From Candidatus Cloacimonadales bacterium (GTDB lineage Bacteria; Cloacimonadota; Cloacimonadia; Cloacimonadales; DAONDQ01): a stretch of 64,000 nt of DNA. The stretch is taken from contig OY759316.1 of the NCBI GenBank assembly GCA_963662275.1, positions 3,168,001 to 3,232,000 on the forward strand, given 5' to 3'. The notes beneath the pieces were generated by a model. It did not search any database. It had not been told where the DNA came from and saw nothing but the letters and a program-made list of their open reading frames with translations. Positions 1 through 10,597 of this stretch are shown here, in pieces; position 1 is the first letter of the stretch; every line of letters starts with the position of its first letter. A program made the position numbers and the translations under genes.

Positions 1-76
1 AATCAGCAGCAATGGTACGATTACCTGTTACAGAAGGGAATCGTAATGAAATTCATTTATTAAGGAGGAGTGCTAT

Positions 77-1081
77 ATGAAAAGATTTTATCTGTTTCTG
101 TTACTCATCATCCTAAGTTCAACTGCTTGGGGAATTGGAGATATCCCTCCGTATGGCAAGAATTTGTATAAGGTATGCATCTTTAAAACTGATAACACGC
201 AGACCATTGGTTACATTGAAGTGTATCCCAATCCTTCTGACCAGGAGTATTACAAAGGTCCTGAAAGAGTGCCGATCAAAAAGAATACAGATGTTTTGCC
301 GTTATTACGAACAACCTATCAAAAGATCGATTCCCTGGAAGTCGATACCGAACTATATAAATATGGGGGAATGAATTTCATGATTGATTACTATAGAACT
401 TACCTCCACTTCAACAAAATTAACAAGATAGTCACTTTGGAAGATACTGAACCGATGGGCTCAGGCACTATATTTGTAAATTACGGTTCACTTCTTTCAG
501 GTGATGAGTATCATATACTTGAAGGTAAAACGAATCTCATGATGTATGGCTCATGCGGTGCATGTATTCTAAACGCAAACCCCGATTATGATAAGACTGA
601 TATATATATGGTCGCTTGTTTCCTGGGCTATGATCCTGATATTGACCAACGATCTTTCCATCCCTTTCTGTCTTCTGAACAAATGGAAGATTTTGAAGCT
701 AAAATGAGTGAATTTTGGGACGGCAATAACAAAAATAATGATATGTTCATAAAGACATTGACCCAATGCAAAAAAACTTGGTTGGAAATCGGCAAAAGAT
801 TGGTTAACAACCAGATCATCGTACCGAAACAGAAAGCTGAGACAATCGCTAATCTCGATACTTTGGCAGCAGAATGTGATAATACGATCCTATTGATACA
901 AGCGATCCAGAATCAAAAAAGCACTCAGCAAACAGCACAACAAATAACAGATATCTACTCAGCTATGAAGCATTGCATCTTCCCTAACCTCGCGCTTCCC
1001 AGTGATTTCGATGAAGAATTACTACCTCGCATTCTTCTGAAGAAAGGTGTTGTTGTGAAATATATGCATTATTACGATTGA
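77..1081 (+). CDS. Hypothetical secreted protein
   Basis: 334-aa ORF with strong RBS (AAGGAGGAG) and an N-terminal signal-peptide-like stretch; no recognisable motif. Confidence 0.75.
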   Translation: MKRFYLFLLLIILSSTAWGIGDIPPYGKNLYKVCIFKTDNTQTIGYIEVYPNPSDQEYYKGPERVPIKKNTDVLPLLRTTYQKIDSLEVDTELYKYGGMNFMIDYYRTYLHFNKINKIVTLEDTEPMGSGTIFVNYGSLLSGDEYHILEGKTNLMMYGSCGACILNANPDYDKTDIYMVACFLGYDPDIDQRSFHPFLSSEQMEDFEAKMSEFWDGNNKNNDMFIKTLTQCKKTWLEIGKRLVNNQIIVPKQKAETIANLDTLAAECDNTILLIQAIQNQKSTQQTAQQITDIYSAMKHCIFPNLALPSDFDEELLPRILLKKGVVVKYMHYYD

Positions 1082-1123
1082 TTGCTCTTATTTTAATGAA
1101 ACCGAGAACTGGAACGCTGATTT

Positions 1124-1208
1124 CCCCCTTGGTAAAAGACCTTTTCTTCTCCCCCCTTGGGAAAGGACCTTTTTCTTCTCCCCCCTTGGGAAGGGGGGTA
1201 GGGGGGTC
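1124..1208. repeat. Three degenerate copies of a CCCCCTT-(GGG)-AAGGGGG hairpin (REP-like)
   Basis: About 29-bp period; last copy cccccttgggaagggggtaggggggtc recurs at 2590-2623 and 39394-39423. Confidence 0.8.
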
Positions 1209-1244
1209 ATTCTTCTTCCTCTCAACCCTCTGCACCATTCAAAA

Positions 1245-2369
1245 TTAATCCAGCAGCATCTCCAGATAGTTCTCAGGATTCACCGTCATAAAAGCAGAAG
1301 CAGGATAAGCATTCTTAAAAGAAAGCGGTAGTTTAGCTTTTTTACCAGGATTCCATTTCAGGTCAAAAGCGCTCATTTTAGTACTGTCTATTTCAATGAG
1401 ATCTATTTCCTGTTGAGAAGTAGTACGCCAAAAGTAGTGCTCAAACGTGGCACGTTTGTTAAGCATGAGCTTCCTTCTTTCTGTAATGAAGTAATTCTCC
1501 CAAAGAGCACCTGTATCTGTGCGGAGTTCAAGACTATTGAAATTACCTATCAAAGCATTCCTGATACCTGTATCCCAAAAATATATCTTATTTGCTCTTT
1601 TCAGTTCATTCCGCAGATTCTTACTGTAAGAGTTGAGTTTATAGATGATGAAGCACTGTTCCAGCAAACCAATGTAACGTTCAACCGTTTTCTTATCCAT
1701 CCCGATCGTATTTGCCAACTCCTGGTATGAAACTTCATGACCTATTTGAAGAGCCAGGGCAATGAGCAATTTCTTCATTAAATCAGGTCGTTTTATATCC
1801 TGAAAAACTAATATATCTTTGAACAGATAGCTTCCTGCCAGTTCCTTCACTATTTCTTCAGCCATTTGCGGTTTCAGATATACTTCCGGATAATTCCCAT
1901 ATATGAGTCTTTGTGGAAGATCGCTTTTAACTGATTTGATACCTTCATAGTGATACATTTCTTCTGTTGAGAGTGAAGGTACGATAAATTCGAACTTGCG
2001 ACCGGTAAGCGGTTCGTTGATATAGTTAGACAGATCGAGGGAAGAGGAACCGGTTACAATAACCTGCAAATCTGGAAGTGCATCAATGATTGCTTTCAGA
2101 GATATGCCAATATTGTGGACACGCTGTGCTTCATCGATCAAGAGATAATCATATCTGCTGAATCTCAAGATAATATCCTGCTGTGACTTAACATTGAGCA
2201 GCTCTTGCCCGTCACTCAAATCACAGTTAACATATAGATAGTTGGACATGGTCTCAGCAAGGGCATTCAATATCGTTGTTTTACCCGTTCTTCTTGGTCC
2301 ATAGATAATGATTGCCCGGTTCTGATGCATAAAACCTGGTATCAATCCAAGTAAAGTTCTCTTGATCAT
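1245..2369 (-). CDS. AAA_14 family ATP-binding protein with C-terminal DUF4143-type domain
   Basis: Walker A GPRRTGKT, Walker B LLIDEAQ, VTGSSS, KIYFWDTG, C-terminal YFWRT..EIDL. Confidence 0.88.
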   Translation of the reverse strand: MIKRTLLGLIPGFMHQNRAIIIYGPRRTGKTTILNALAETMSNYLYVNCDLSDGQELLNVKSQQDIILRFSRYDYLLIDEAQRVHNIGISLKAIIDALPDLQVIVTGSSSLDLSNYINEPLTGRKFEFIVPSLSTEEMYHYEGIKSVKSDLPQRLIYGNYPEVYLKPQMAEEIVKELAGSYLFKDILVFQDIKRPDLMKKLLIALALQIGHEVSYQELANTIGMDKKTVERYIGLLEQCFIIYKLNSYSKNLRNELKRANKIYFWDTGIRNALIGNFNSLELRTDTGALWENYFITERRKLMLNKRATFEHYFWRTTSQQEIDLIEIDSTKMSAFDLKWNPGKKAKLPLSFKNAYPASAFMTVNPENYLEMLLD

Positions 2370-2589
2370 ATTCTTACCTCATATCAAAAAATGATCATGT
2401 AAGAATCAATGTCAAGTAATAATATGTAATTTAGGGATTGCACTCCCTAATTTATCATGTATTTCAGGGAGTGAAATCACCAATATATAGATATTCGATT
2501 GATAATAAATCAACTAAACTTGAACTGGAGCGATGATTTCTTATCCCTAAGGAATGGATTAGTTTCTTCCCAACTTGTAAAAGTGAGGA

Positions 2590-2663
2590 CTTCTCCCCCC
2601 TTGGGAAGGGGGGTAGGGGGGTCAATCTGCCTCTGCCCCATTCATAATTAATCCAGCAACCTC
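2590..2663. repeat. Direct-repeat copy of the hairpin and ATPase stop region at about 1174-1262
   Basis: cttctccccccttgggaaggggggtaggggggtc...ctctgccccattcataattaatccagca matches 1174-1258. Confidence 0.75.
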
Positions 2664-2681
2664 GGAATTCGGTAGTTATTT

Positions 2682-2734
2682 CTTCAGGAATGGTAAAGAT
2701 TACTTCAGGAATGGTAAAGATTACTTCAGGAATC
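2682..2734. repeat. 21-bp tandem repeat (cttcaggaatggtaaagatta x2 plus partial)
   Basis: cttcagg at 2682, 2703, 2724. Confidence 0.8.
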
Positions 2735-2740
2735 TTCTGC

Positions 2741-4633
2741 GGAGATGTCCCGAAACTAAATGATAGAAAAATAGCAACTATTAAATATTAATCATATTAC
2801 TTGACATATTGTTATAGGGTGTATTGTTGCCTTTAAAAACTAAGCATAGAGAGAATTATGAATTTCAGAGAGCACAATCCGAATCAGGGGACACTCTATG
2901 GACTTAATATTGAAGAGAGAATACCTCCCCAGCACATGGTTCGTTATGTTAACGATGTCGTTGAGCAACTGGACTTATCTGAGCTATACACAAGATACTC
3001 TGATGAAGGTACACCTGCTTATCATCCCAAGATGATGTTGAAGATCATTGTGTATGCCTATATCAATGGTATTTATACCTGTCGGAAGATAGCTAAGGCT
3101 GTTCGGGAGAACATCAATTTTATCTGGCTGGCAGGAGAACAGGAACCTGATTTCAGAACGATCAACACCTTTGCCTGGACTAAGTGTTCTGATATTCTTA
3201 TTGATGTATTTTATCAGGTAGTACTGAAAGCATCATCATTAGGATATCTTGATCTCGACACCTGTTTTGTTGACGGGACGACGATTCACGCAAATGCCGG
3301 CAAGAATTCCTACATCTGGAAAAGCAATGCGCTTCGTTATCAGGAACTGGTCAAGACACGAGTTGAGGGATTGTTTAAAAAGATCGAGGAATATAATCAG
3401 GAAGAGCAACAGCAATATGGAACCGCTGATCTTCTTGAGCTTGGTGAGCAATTGCATGCGGTTGAATCAGAGAAAACTGCTACAGTCGCATCTGAACAGA
3501 TCAGAGATAGACTGGTCTCAGCAGAAAACAAGCTGAAAGAAGCAATGTCCCGACTACAGAAAAATCATCCGTCAGATACTCGGGCTATCAAGAAAATCAA
3601 ATCTCTTTTGCGCGAAATCTCCAAATCAAAGAGCAATGATATAACTAAGCTGGAGAAATATGAGCAACAGCTTGAGATAATTGGAGAAGGACGCAGCAGC
3701 ACATCCAAGACTGATAATGATGCCACATTTATGCGATTGAAAAATGGACAGCTGGCACCGGGTTATGTTGCCAGTATCGGAACTTCAGAGCAATTTGTCA
3801 CAGGCATTCACTTATTCAATATCCCTAAAGAAACCGTTGAATTTCCCAATCTCATGGAGCAAATGCATGATGAATTGGGACAATATCCTACCGACGTTGT
3901 TGGAGATGCTGCCTATGGCACTGCGCTGAATTTGAATTATGCTGCTGAAAAAGAGATAACAAGCTATCTCAAGACCCAGGATTATAAGAGAGATTATCGG
4001 GACTCTCTTCTGACAGGCTTCAGCTATGATGAGGAGCATGATGAGTGGGTCTGTCAATTTAATCGGAGACTGGTCAAAATCAAGGAAGAAGAGACAGAGA
4101 AGAACGGTCCGAAACGAATCGTGAAAACCTATATATGTAATGACTGCAGAGAATGTCCTCACAATAAAAAGTGTATTCCCTACAAGGATAAAACTCATAA
4201 ATCACTGACCTACGATCCTCATATAGCTCCACTAAAACGTCAGACAGTCAATAATCTGCTTTCTGAAAAAGGCGACAAGCTGAGAAAGCAAAGAGGCATC
4301 GAACCGGAGGCTGTATTTGCTTTCATGAAGTGGAACAGGAAGTTTGAGAGATTTACTGTCCGTTCATTGAGAAAATGCAAGGAACAGTTATCCCTCCTCT
4401 TTTTAGGACATAATATAGGGAAAATGTTTCTGCACTTACAAAATACTGAAGGAAAAGCCTGATGAAGACTCTTCCTACCAGAATTCAAACATGAATTAGG
4501 TAAATATTACTCCGTTTTTCCTTGTCTTTGCATCGCTTTTCGGAAACTATTGAGTAATTTAGTTTGCCTGTAAAAACAATCACATATTTTACAACAGAAG
4601 AAAATAAAATCATGCTAGTTTCGGGACATCTCC
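2741..4633 (+). mobile_element. IS1182-family insertion sequence, complete
   Basis: Perfect 18-bp terminal inverted repeats GGAGATGTCCCGAAACTA (2741-2758) / TAGTTTCGGGACATCTCC (4616-4633) around an intact transposase. Confidence 0.92.
2858..4462 (+). CDS. IS1182 family transposase
   Basis: N-terminal GTPAYHPKMMLK (DUF772-like), PDFRTI, FVDGTTIHANA, TDNDATFMR, Cys-rich insert, C-terminal RGIEPEAVF. Confidence 0.93.
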   Translation: MNFREHNPNQGTLYGLNIEERIPPQHMVRYVNDVVEQLDLSELYTRYSDEGTPAYHPKMMLKIIVYAYINGIYTCRKIAKAVRENINFIWLAGEQEPDFRTINTFAWTKCSDILIDVFYQVVLKASSLGYLDLDTCFVDGTTIHANAGKNSYIWKSNALRYQELVKTRVEGLFKKIEEYNQEEQQQYGTADLLELGEQLHAVESEKTATVASEQIRDRLVSAENKLKEAMSRLQKNHPSDTRAIKKIKSLLREISKSKSNDITKLEKYEQQLEIIGEGRSSTSKTDNDATFMRLKNGQLAPGYVASIGTSEQFVTGIHLFNIPKETVEFPNLMEQMHDELGQYPTDVVGDAAYGTALNLNYAAEKEITSYLKTQDYKRDYRDSLLTGFSYDEEHDEWVCQFNRRLVKIKEEETEKNGPKRIVKTYICNDCRECPHNKKCIPYKDKTHKSLTYDPHIAPLKRQTVNNLLSEKGDKLRKQRGIEPEAVFAFMKWNRKFERFTVRSLRKCKEQLSLLFLGHNIGKMFLHLQNTEGKA

Positions 4634-4854
4634 GTCAATCCAACAGAGCAATCAACGCCTGAAGTCATTTCCACCAAGCCTTAAGGATGAGCTACCGACA
4701 GTAGTTATCTCTTTATGAGTGGTAGTGGTTTCTTCAGGACTCTTCCTCCATTGAAACAACAACTTTAGTCGTTGGCAGGTTTGAAACATCAAATACAACT
4801 CATTTCGGAAAGTAGAGTCGAGACATTTGGTATTGAATAGTTTAACAAGAAATA

Positions 4855-5601
4855 TCATCTTTTTATTAAATGTTGTATCCATCTTAACATACTAAGAATT
4901 ATTTGAAAGAAACTCTTTTTATGAACTTTCGGTATGACTAGTGGTGGTTCAGGTAAATCTTCTTTTAGATGTAATTGTTTATCATTTTTTTCCCCAGGTT
5001 GTTTTGGCTGCTGTGTTATAATAAACTTGTCCATTTGTGGTGATTTAGGCTTTTCCTGTTTTGGTTCCGTTTGATTGACTTGCTTTTCCTGTTTAAAAAC
5101 TGGTTTGATCTGTTGTTTTAAAAATGAATCTAAAATCAGAACATCAAAATCATTAAATAACTGCTCGACAGCTTTCTTTATTATTTTGGAGTATTGCTCG
5201 GGAGAATTGATAATATCACTCCATAAGAATGACGTTTTATGAAAAACCTCTGTGAATCTTATTTCCTTAAGATCGTAATCATTTGTTGAATTGACGATGG
5301 TACGTACTCTTTCTACAAAGCCACTTTTATTGACGGTAATATTTCTAACTACTTTTTCTGGAATATTCGGTAATTTATGATAAGTATCAAAATGGAAAAT
5401 ATAATAAATTATACATTTTCCATCATTGTTACTTAACTGCCCTACACAGACATGAAATATAGCATGATATTCTGAAATTTCAGGTCTGGATATTTCTATC
5501 CAATAGTCCTTACTTCTAGGGCGAACAAGATGGTCTCTTGTTGTATAATTTGCCTTTTTAAAACGATTTTCCATTTGTTTCAAAAACTCTTTTGGTTCCA
5601 T
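4855..5601 (-). CDS. Hypothetical protein
   Basis: 248-aa ORF with AGGAGG RBS; Q/K/P-rich linker then amphipathic C-terminus. Confidence 0.65.
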   Translation of the reverse strand: MEPKEFLKQMENRFKKANYTTRDHLVRPRSKDYWIEISRPEISEYHAIFHVCVGQLSNNDGKCIIYYIFHFDTYHKLPNIPEKVVRNITVNKSGFVERVRTIVNSTNDYDLKEIRFTEVFHKTSFLWSDIINSPEQYSKIIKKAVEQLFNDFDVLILDSFLKQQIKPVFKQEKQVNQTEPKQEKPKSPQMDKFIITQQPKQPGEKNDKQLHLKEDLPEPPLVIPKVHKKSFFQIILSMLRWIQHLIKR

Positions 5602-5834
5602 GTCGCTCCTCCTAAAGCTAATTCACTTTTAGCTTTATATATTACTTTTTGGATTTCTAAAATCTCTTCTTATTATTTATCTTGCATTATTTATTGCTTA
5701 CCTGTGTCCAAATAGCTGGTTATCTATGCGATTAGGTTCTTTCTGTATTTCTTCAATCTACAAGTTAATTCATACAATAGTCTTTTCTATATATTCTATC
5801 ATCGTATATCAATCCAAACGATATCTTAGCAAAA

Positions 5835-8042
5835 CTACTCCGCAATCCTGCAAACACGAAAGCCAAAAATATTAGCGATTTCCGTTGCATTGCTTCCTCC
5901 TCGATCCAAAACGTCGCATCCGTAATAGCTTCTCCAACTACCGCCTCGAGACACTATGTGGTTACCACTTTCATATCCATGTGGATTAGATTGATCTCTT
6001 AATGGAGGATAATACCCATAGCCTTCCCAACAGATATCCCAACACCATTCATATACATTACCGCTCATGTCAAACAATCCTAATTCATTCGCAAGTTTCT
6101 TTCCGACAGGATGGGTTATCTTAAGTGAATTTTTATCGTACCAAGCAACAGTGTTAATATCATTACTTCCACTATATTTATAATTATGTGTCTGATTACC
6201 GCCCCGAGCAGCATATTCCCATTCAGATTCAGTTGGAAGACGATAACCATTGGCTGTCCAATTACAAGAAACTTTTAAAAGTTTATCATTATGTTTATTC
6301 CATCCTGCTGGCCAAGTCGCAATATCTGTGCTAAATTTATCATAACTATAACACATCGTTAAACCTTCATTCATACTCCTTCGATTGCAATATTCAATAG
6401 CATTAAACCACGATACATTTTCAACAGGGAGGTTGATATTACTCTTAAAACTAGATGGGTTATTACCCATAACAGCTTTCCATTCAAGTTGAGTAACTTC
6501 ATATTTGCTCAGGAAGAAGGATGAAACAGTTACTTTGGAAGTACCACTAATAAATGATCCTCCTTCGACTAAAACAAATCCTTCAGGAACATCACGACCC
6601 TTCACCAAATGCAAATCCAACGTGGTTGTTTTATTTTCTTCAATTAATACATCTACTGTTTTTGTTTTATAGCCCACTGCTTTAGCTTGCACTGTATATT
6701 TTCCAATTTGAAGATTAGTTATAGTCTTTACTCCAGTCCAATTCTGAATTGATTCATCGCCTTTCATTAAAACAACAGTAGCATCCAAAGGAGTAACAGA
6801 AAACTGTAAGCCACCAGTAATCTGTTGAAGAGTGATATTTTTGGTATATACGCCACCTAATGCAATTTCATTTTTTTCCGTTTGCGGATAATAACCAGCC
6901 ATTTCAACATCAAAATTGTATTTACCAGGTGCTAACTCGATTGCTCTTTGCGTATTGTAATTAGAACCGTTTATAATTACTTGAGCATCATGCGGACTAA
7001 TAGTTAGATTAATAATGCCGGTATTTTTAGTTAAAGCAAAATCAAGTTTTTGAGTTTCTCCTAATTTTAGATTAACGGTTTCTTTCTTACTCAAGTATTC
7101 TGGTTTGGATACTTCTATTTCGTATAGACTTGGTGGCAATTCCAACCTTCTTTCGGTTCTTTCTGAACCATTCACTTTGACTTTAGCATCTGAGGGATTA
7201 ACCGTCAAATCTATGAATCCAGTATTTTTAATCAAGTTACCACTAAATGTGTTTGCTCCATTCTCTTTTATTTCGATATTCTGCTCCCAATCCAAATAGG
7301 AACTTCTTGTCAGTTTTAATGTGTATTTCCCCGGGTAATAGAATAACTCCTTATCCGTTTCTCCAACCAATTGATTATTTATATAAATTGATGCACCAGT
7401 AGGGTTCGATTTTACAATAATTGGCAATACTTTGATTCCCTGCATTTTGGGCATATTGATTAATGGTGTTTCTTTAGTAACTTTAATAATCTGCTCTAAT
7501 ACTTTAAAGCCATCTTTTTGCAATAGAAGTTTATGTTCACCAATCGTAAGGGGAAAGCTACTCGCTGTGCCCAGATTCACCCCATCCACCCATTTCTCTG
7601 CATCTGGGGGATCACTTATGATAGCAAAAGGAATCGTCTCATGTTCTGAGAAATTCTGCAGAATCAATTCATAGCAGCGTTTTTCTTTCACATCGATTCC
7701 ATATTCATTCAGCAGATTGACTTGGATGGTTTCATAGGCTGGAGCACCAATTTCCACAGAACGCTGCGATACATTCAGATAACATTTCCAGTATCCATGC
7801 ATTTTGTCATAAACAGGTGCATGCTTCGTTGGACGGCTCACATTCTGAAACTGAATACTCTCCAGATTTGTTTTTACTATTAAAAGAGGTGCCAGCTTAC
7901 CATCGGCATCATATTTCTCCAGTTGCAGATCAGTATCGGGAAGAGCTTTTAAACTCTCCACTTTCAGTGTGCCAAGGGCAAAGCAATTTAGAGCAATTAG
8001 AGATAACATAATTAAAAACAGATGTTTCAGAGTAACCTCCAA
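5835..8042 (-). CDS. Secreted PEGA-repeat protein with C-terminal FGE-sulfatase (SUMF1-like, C-type-lectin fold) domain
   Basis: Repeated S.P.GA.I..NG PEGA units; YEVTQ, PVENVSW, YRLPTESEWEYAARGG, GLFDMSGNVYEW, GFRVCR. Confidence 0.88.
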   Translation of the reverse strand: MEVTLKHLFLIMLSLIALNCFALGTLKVESLKALPDTDLQLEKYDADGKLAPLLIVKTNLESIQFQNVSRPTKHAPVYDKMHGYWKCYLNVSQRSVEIGAPAYETIQVNLLNEYGIDVKEKRCYELILQNFSEHETIPFAIISDPPDAEKWVDGVNLGTASSFPLTIGEHKLLLQKDGFKVLEQIIKVTKETPLINMPKMQGIKVLPIIVKSNPTGASIYINNQLVGETDKELFYYPGKYTLKLTRSSYLDWEQNIEIKENGANTFSGNLIKNTGFIDLTVNPSDAKVKVNGSERTERRLELPPSLYEIEVSKPEYLSKKETVNLKLGETQKLDFALTKNTGIINLTISPHDAQVIINGSNYNTQRAIELAPGKYNFDVEMAGYYPQTEKNEIALGGVYTKNITLQQITGGLQFSVTPLDATVVLMKGDESIQNWTGVKTITNLQIGKYTVQAKAVGYKTKTVDVLIEENKTTTLDLHLVKGRDVPEGFVLVEGGSFISGTSKVTVSSFFLSKYEVTQLEWKAVMGNNPSSFKSNINLPVENVSWFNAIEYCNRRSMNEGLTMCYSYDKFSTDIATWPAGWNKHNDKLLKVSCNWTANGYRLPTESEWEYAARGGNQTHNYKYSGSNDINTVAWYDKNSLKITHPVGKKLANELGLFDMSGNVYEWCWDICWEGYGYYPPLRDQSNPHGYESGNHIVSRGGSWRSYYGCDVLDRGGSNATEIANIFGFRVCRIAE

Positions 8043-8222
8043 GAAGAGAAGCTATTATTTAAATTCTATTTAATGATTAGTTTTGGTGATTACTTCAGGA
8101 ATCGTGGCAGCCTCGTTTACGTTGCTTTTCTCCAGATGGAAGAGAATCCGACATCTGAAGAAGTCTCCACATAGCCTAAAGGAATTGCCACATCAGAACA
8201 TACCTGAAGGATGCGCTACCAA

Positions 8223-10130
8223 TCAGTGTAGTGTAAAATACTCAGTATTTACCATTTTAGCTAAATCCCATTCACCAGGTTGCCAGACTCGTACATGAAT
8301 AAGAGGCTTTTCACCTCGAAAGTCCACTAGAAGAAATAAGTATCCTTCATCTTTGTAGGTGGTTGAATAATAATTCTGCTTCATTGCCATGCCATATACT
8401 TTACCTACGCTTGCCTGCTGAATATCGAATGTATCATACTGCAGCCAGACAGTCTTGTTAGTGGCGAAACAACGACGAAGATTCTCTATATACTGTTGTT
8501 TGGTTTGCTTTAGATAGGTGGCATCACTTCCAATTAGACTTTTCATTTCGATATTTGAGGGAACATGCTGAACTACTTTACCGGTGATAATCAGTGCATC
8601 TTCAGTGAATAAGTCGGTTACTGCTTTCAAATCTTTGGTAGTGAAAGCTGTTTTATAGTTCTCTAAAAACTTGATTCCAACTTCCCGGCTGTCCCAGTCA
8701 CCATTCGACATACTCTGGTTCTGAAAACGAATAAACGTAGCAGGATTGATTGTATAAGTGAGGTTATATATCCTTCCCTGAGAATCGAAGTCAACAACGA
8801 GACTTTCATTACGAGTGGGAAGACCTGCACATTGCACGGTGACACTTAATGGTCTGAGTTCGTAACCAACATCTGTTTTATTAATAGCACACTCTTGGGG
8901 CATTTTCGCAAGTTTTAGTCTATTTTCCCTGCATAATGCGATTGCTCTTTGATAGGCATTATTATCCGTAAAAAGCGTGGCATCTGTAACCTGCTGATCT
9001 GCAAATTGGGTAAAGAGTTTGTCTATGTTATTCATGGCAGCAGCTTGACATTCAGTAGGGCAATTAGCTGGATTTTGTATTTTACAATTAGGCAACTGGG
9101 AAAGATTCTTTGTAACGATTGGCAGTATTTTAAGAATATCCGGTGGACTGGTTACAATCATCTCTTTTGCTTCAGCTTTTTCCTTCTTCTCTTTATTGGC
9201 ATTATTTTTACTGCTCAGTGATATTGTTTTTACTACTTCCATGCTTTCGTGATTGAATAACTCTGCTAAACGGGAGGTCTGATCTTCGTAAGAATCAGCA
9301 TAAGATTCCCGAACATCTATTTTGACATCCAAGTTTTCCATTTTCTTGAATTGCTGACCAATCAAATCAACCTGGATCATACCATCATTTGTCGTAAATG
9401 GAATGTATCCGGTCAGATCATATACCTGTATCGTCAGACCATTAACTGGTTGGCTGTTATATTCAGCACTCAATATGATAATACGGGTATCGACATTAAA
9501 ATCATTGCTTACGACCTTGAAATCAATTTTACGGGCAATATCCTGGATTGAATGAAATAAGATACCGGAATCTATGGTTTTATTATTGTAATTAAATGAG
9601 CATTCTGGTAGAGATTCTATGGCAAGCGCACTCCGGTAATAATTACGAAATGCATTTCCCAATTCATTGTTATTTAGACAGAGTTCTGCTTCCCTTAAGA
9701 AACCACCAATCTCATTTTTCTTATATTCGAATATCTGATTATACTTGGTTTTCTCGATATAACGAAAGATATGAAAAGTAGAACCCTTCCTGTAATCTAA
9801 TTGACTTACACCTGGAAGACGACCATAAGAGTAAGTATCGATACTTGCCTTGATTGATTCATCCGAACGTGCTTGACATTGCTTATCTGTAGATTCGGTA
9901 TTGCTTACCTGTATATTGGATATGACCAAAACTGATATTTGCCCAAGCAGCTCTTGTAATGCCCTTTGATTAGCCTGGTCACGATCAGCACCTTCTGCAT
10001 ATCCATAAAAATAGATACTGGGTTGATTCTTAATGGCGTCCATTTCGTTTTGAATGCTTGTTACTGTTGATTCTGCAAACAGAAATACAGCATTAAGAAG
10101 GATAGCTATAAAGAGTATAATATTTCTCAT
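8223..10130 (-). CDS. Secreted hypothetical protein (LPP20-like N-terminus, possible NTF2-like C-terminus)
   Basis: 635 aa with signal peptide; GYAEG..A.QRAL.EL..QISV resembles LPP20-type domains. Confidence 0.6.
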   Translation of the reverse strand: MRNIILFIAILLNAVFLFAESTVTSIQNEMDAIKNQPSIYFYGYAEGADRDQANQRALQELLGQISVLVISNIQVSNTESTDKQCQARSDESIKASIDTYSYGRLPGVSQLDYRKGSTFHIFRYIEKTKYNQIFEYKKNEIGGFLREAELCLNNNELGNAFRNYYRSALAIESLPECSFNYNNKTIDSGILFHSIQDIARKIDFKVVSNDFNVDTRIIILSAEYNSQPVNGLTIQVYDLTGYIPFTTNDGMIQVDLIGQQFKKMENLDVKIDVRESYADSYEDQTSRLAELFNHESMEVVKTISLSSKNNANKEKKEKAEAKEMIVTSPPDILKILPIVTKNLSQLPNCKIQNPANCPTECQAAAMNNIDKLFTQFADQQVTDATLFTDNNAYQRAIALCRENRLKLAKMPQECAINKTDVGYELRPLSVTVQCAGLPTRNESLVVDFDSQGRIYNLTYTINPATFIRFQNQSMSNGDWDSREVGIKFLENYKTAFTTKDLKAVTDLFTEDALIITGKVVQHVPSNIEMKSLIGSDATYLKQTKQQYIENLRRCFATNKTVWLQYDTFDIQQASVGKVYGMAMKQNYYSTTYKDEGYLFLLVDFRGEKPLIHVRVWQPGEWDLAKMVNTEYFTLH

Positions 10131-10487
10131 AACACCTCTTTTTTAGGGGAATATTAGAGAATTAGTGTAATTTCATCGTACTTTTCATCATTGATAAACT
10201 GAATCCATTCTGTCAATAATCTTCTTGATTAAGAGAGTTAAATTGATAGTCTTGTTTCATATGAAAATCAGTGAAATGAATTTCAGCTATTAGGAAAACA
10301 GCTTTTTTAATGAGAACTCCCGAAATGTAATGTGACATAGCTAACCCTTTGAAATACAACCAGAATTCAGTCTTATTGCAGAAAAGAGAGGCGAAAAGAA
10401 TTCGCCTCGCACGCCGATAAGAAATCGGCGTTCCAATCAGCGTTCCAATTTAACTGCCATCAAACTCAAAATAAGCCGCAGAGATTA

Positions 10488-10597
10488 TACCAGTTTCAAT
10501 CCTGTTTCATACCTGTTTGAATCCTGTTTCATTCCTGTTTCATCAAATAGGAATGAACTTAGAATAACCTTAGTATGAACTTGGAGAGAACTTGGTA
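10488..10597. repeat. Five 11-bp units followed by five inverted, degenerate 11-bp units
   Basis: (atcctgtttca)-like x5 then (tgaacttagaa)-like x5. Confidence 0.7.

Noticed and set aside
984..1238. Short ORFs across hairpin repeats and antisense to long genes
   Set aside because: Shadow frames of repeats or of well-supported genes
4652..4882. 76-aa minus-strand ORF
   Set aside because: No motif or clear RBS; it overlaps a repeat region next to the IS end
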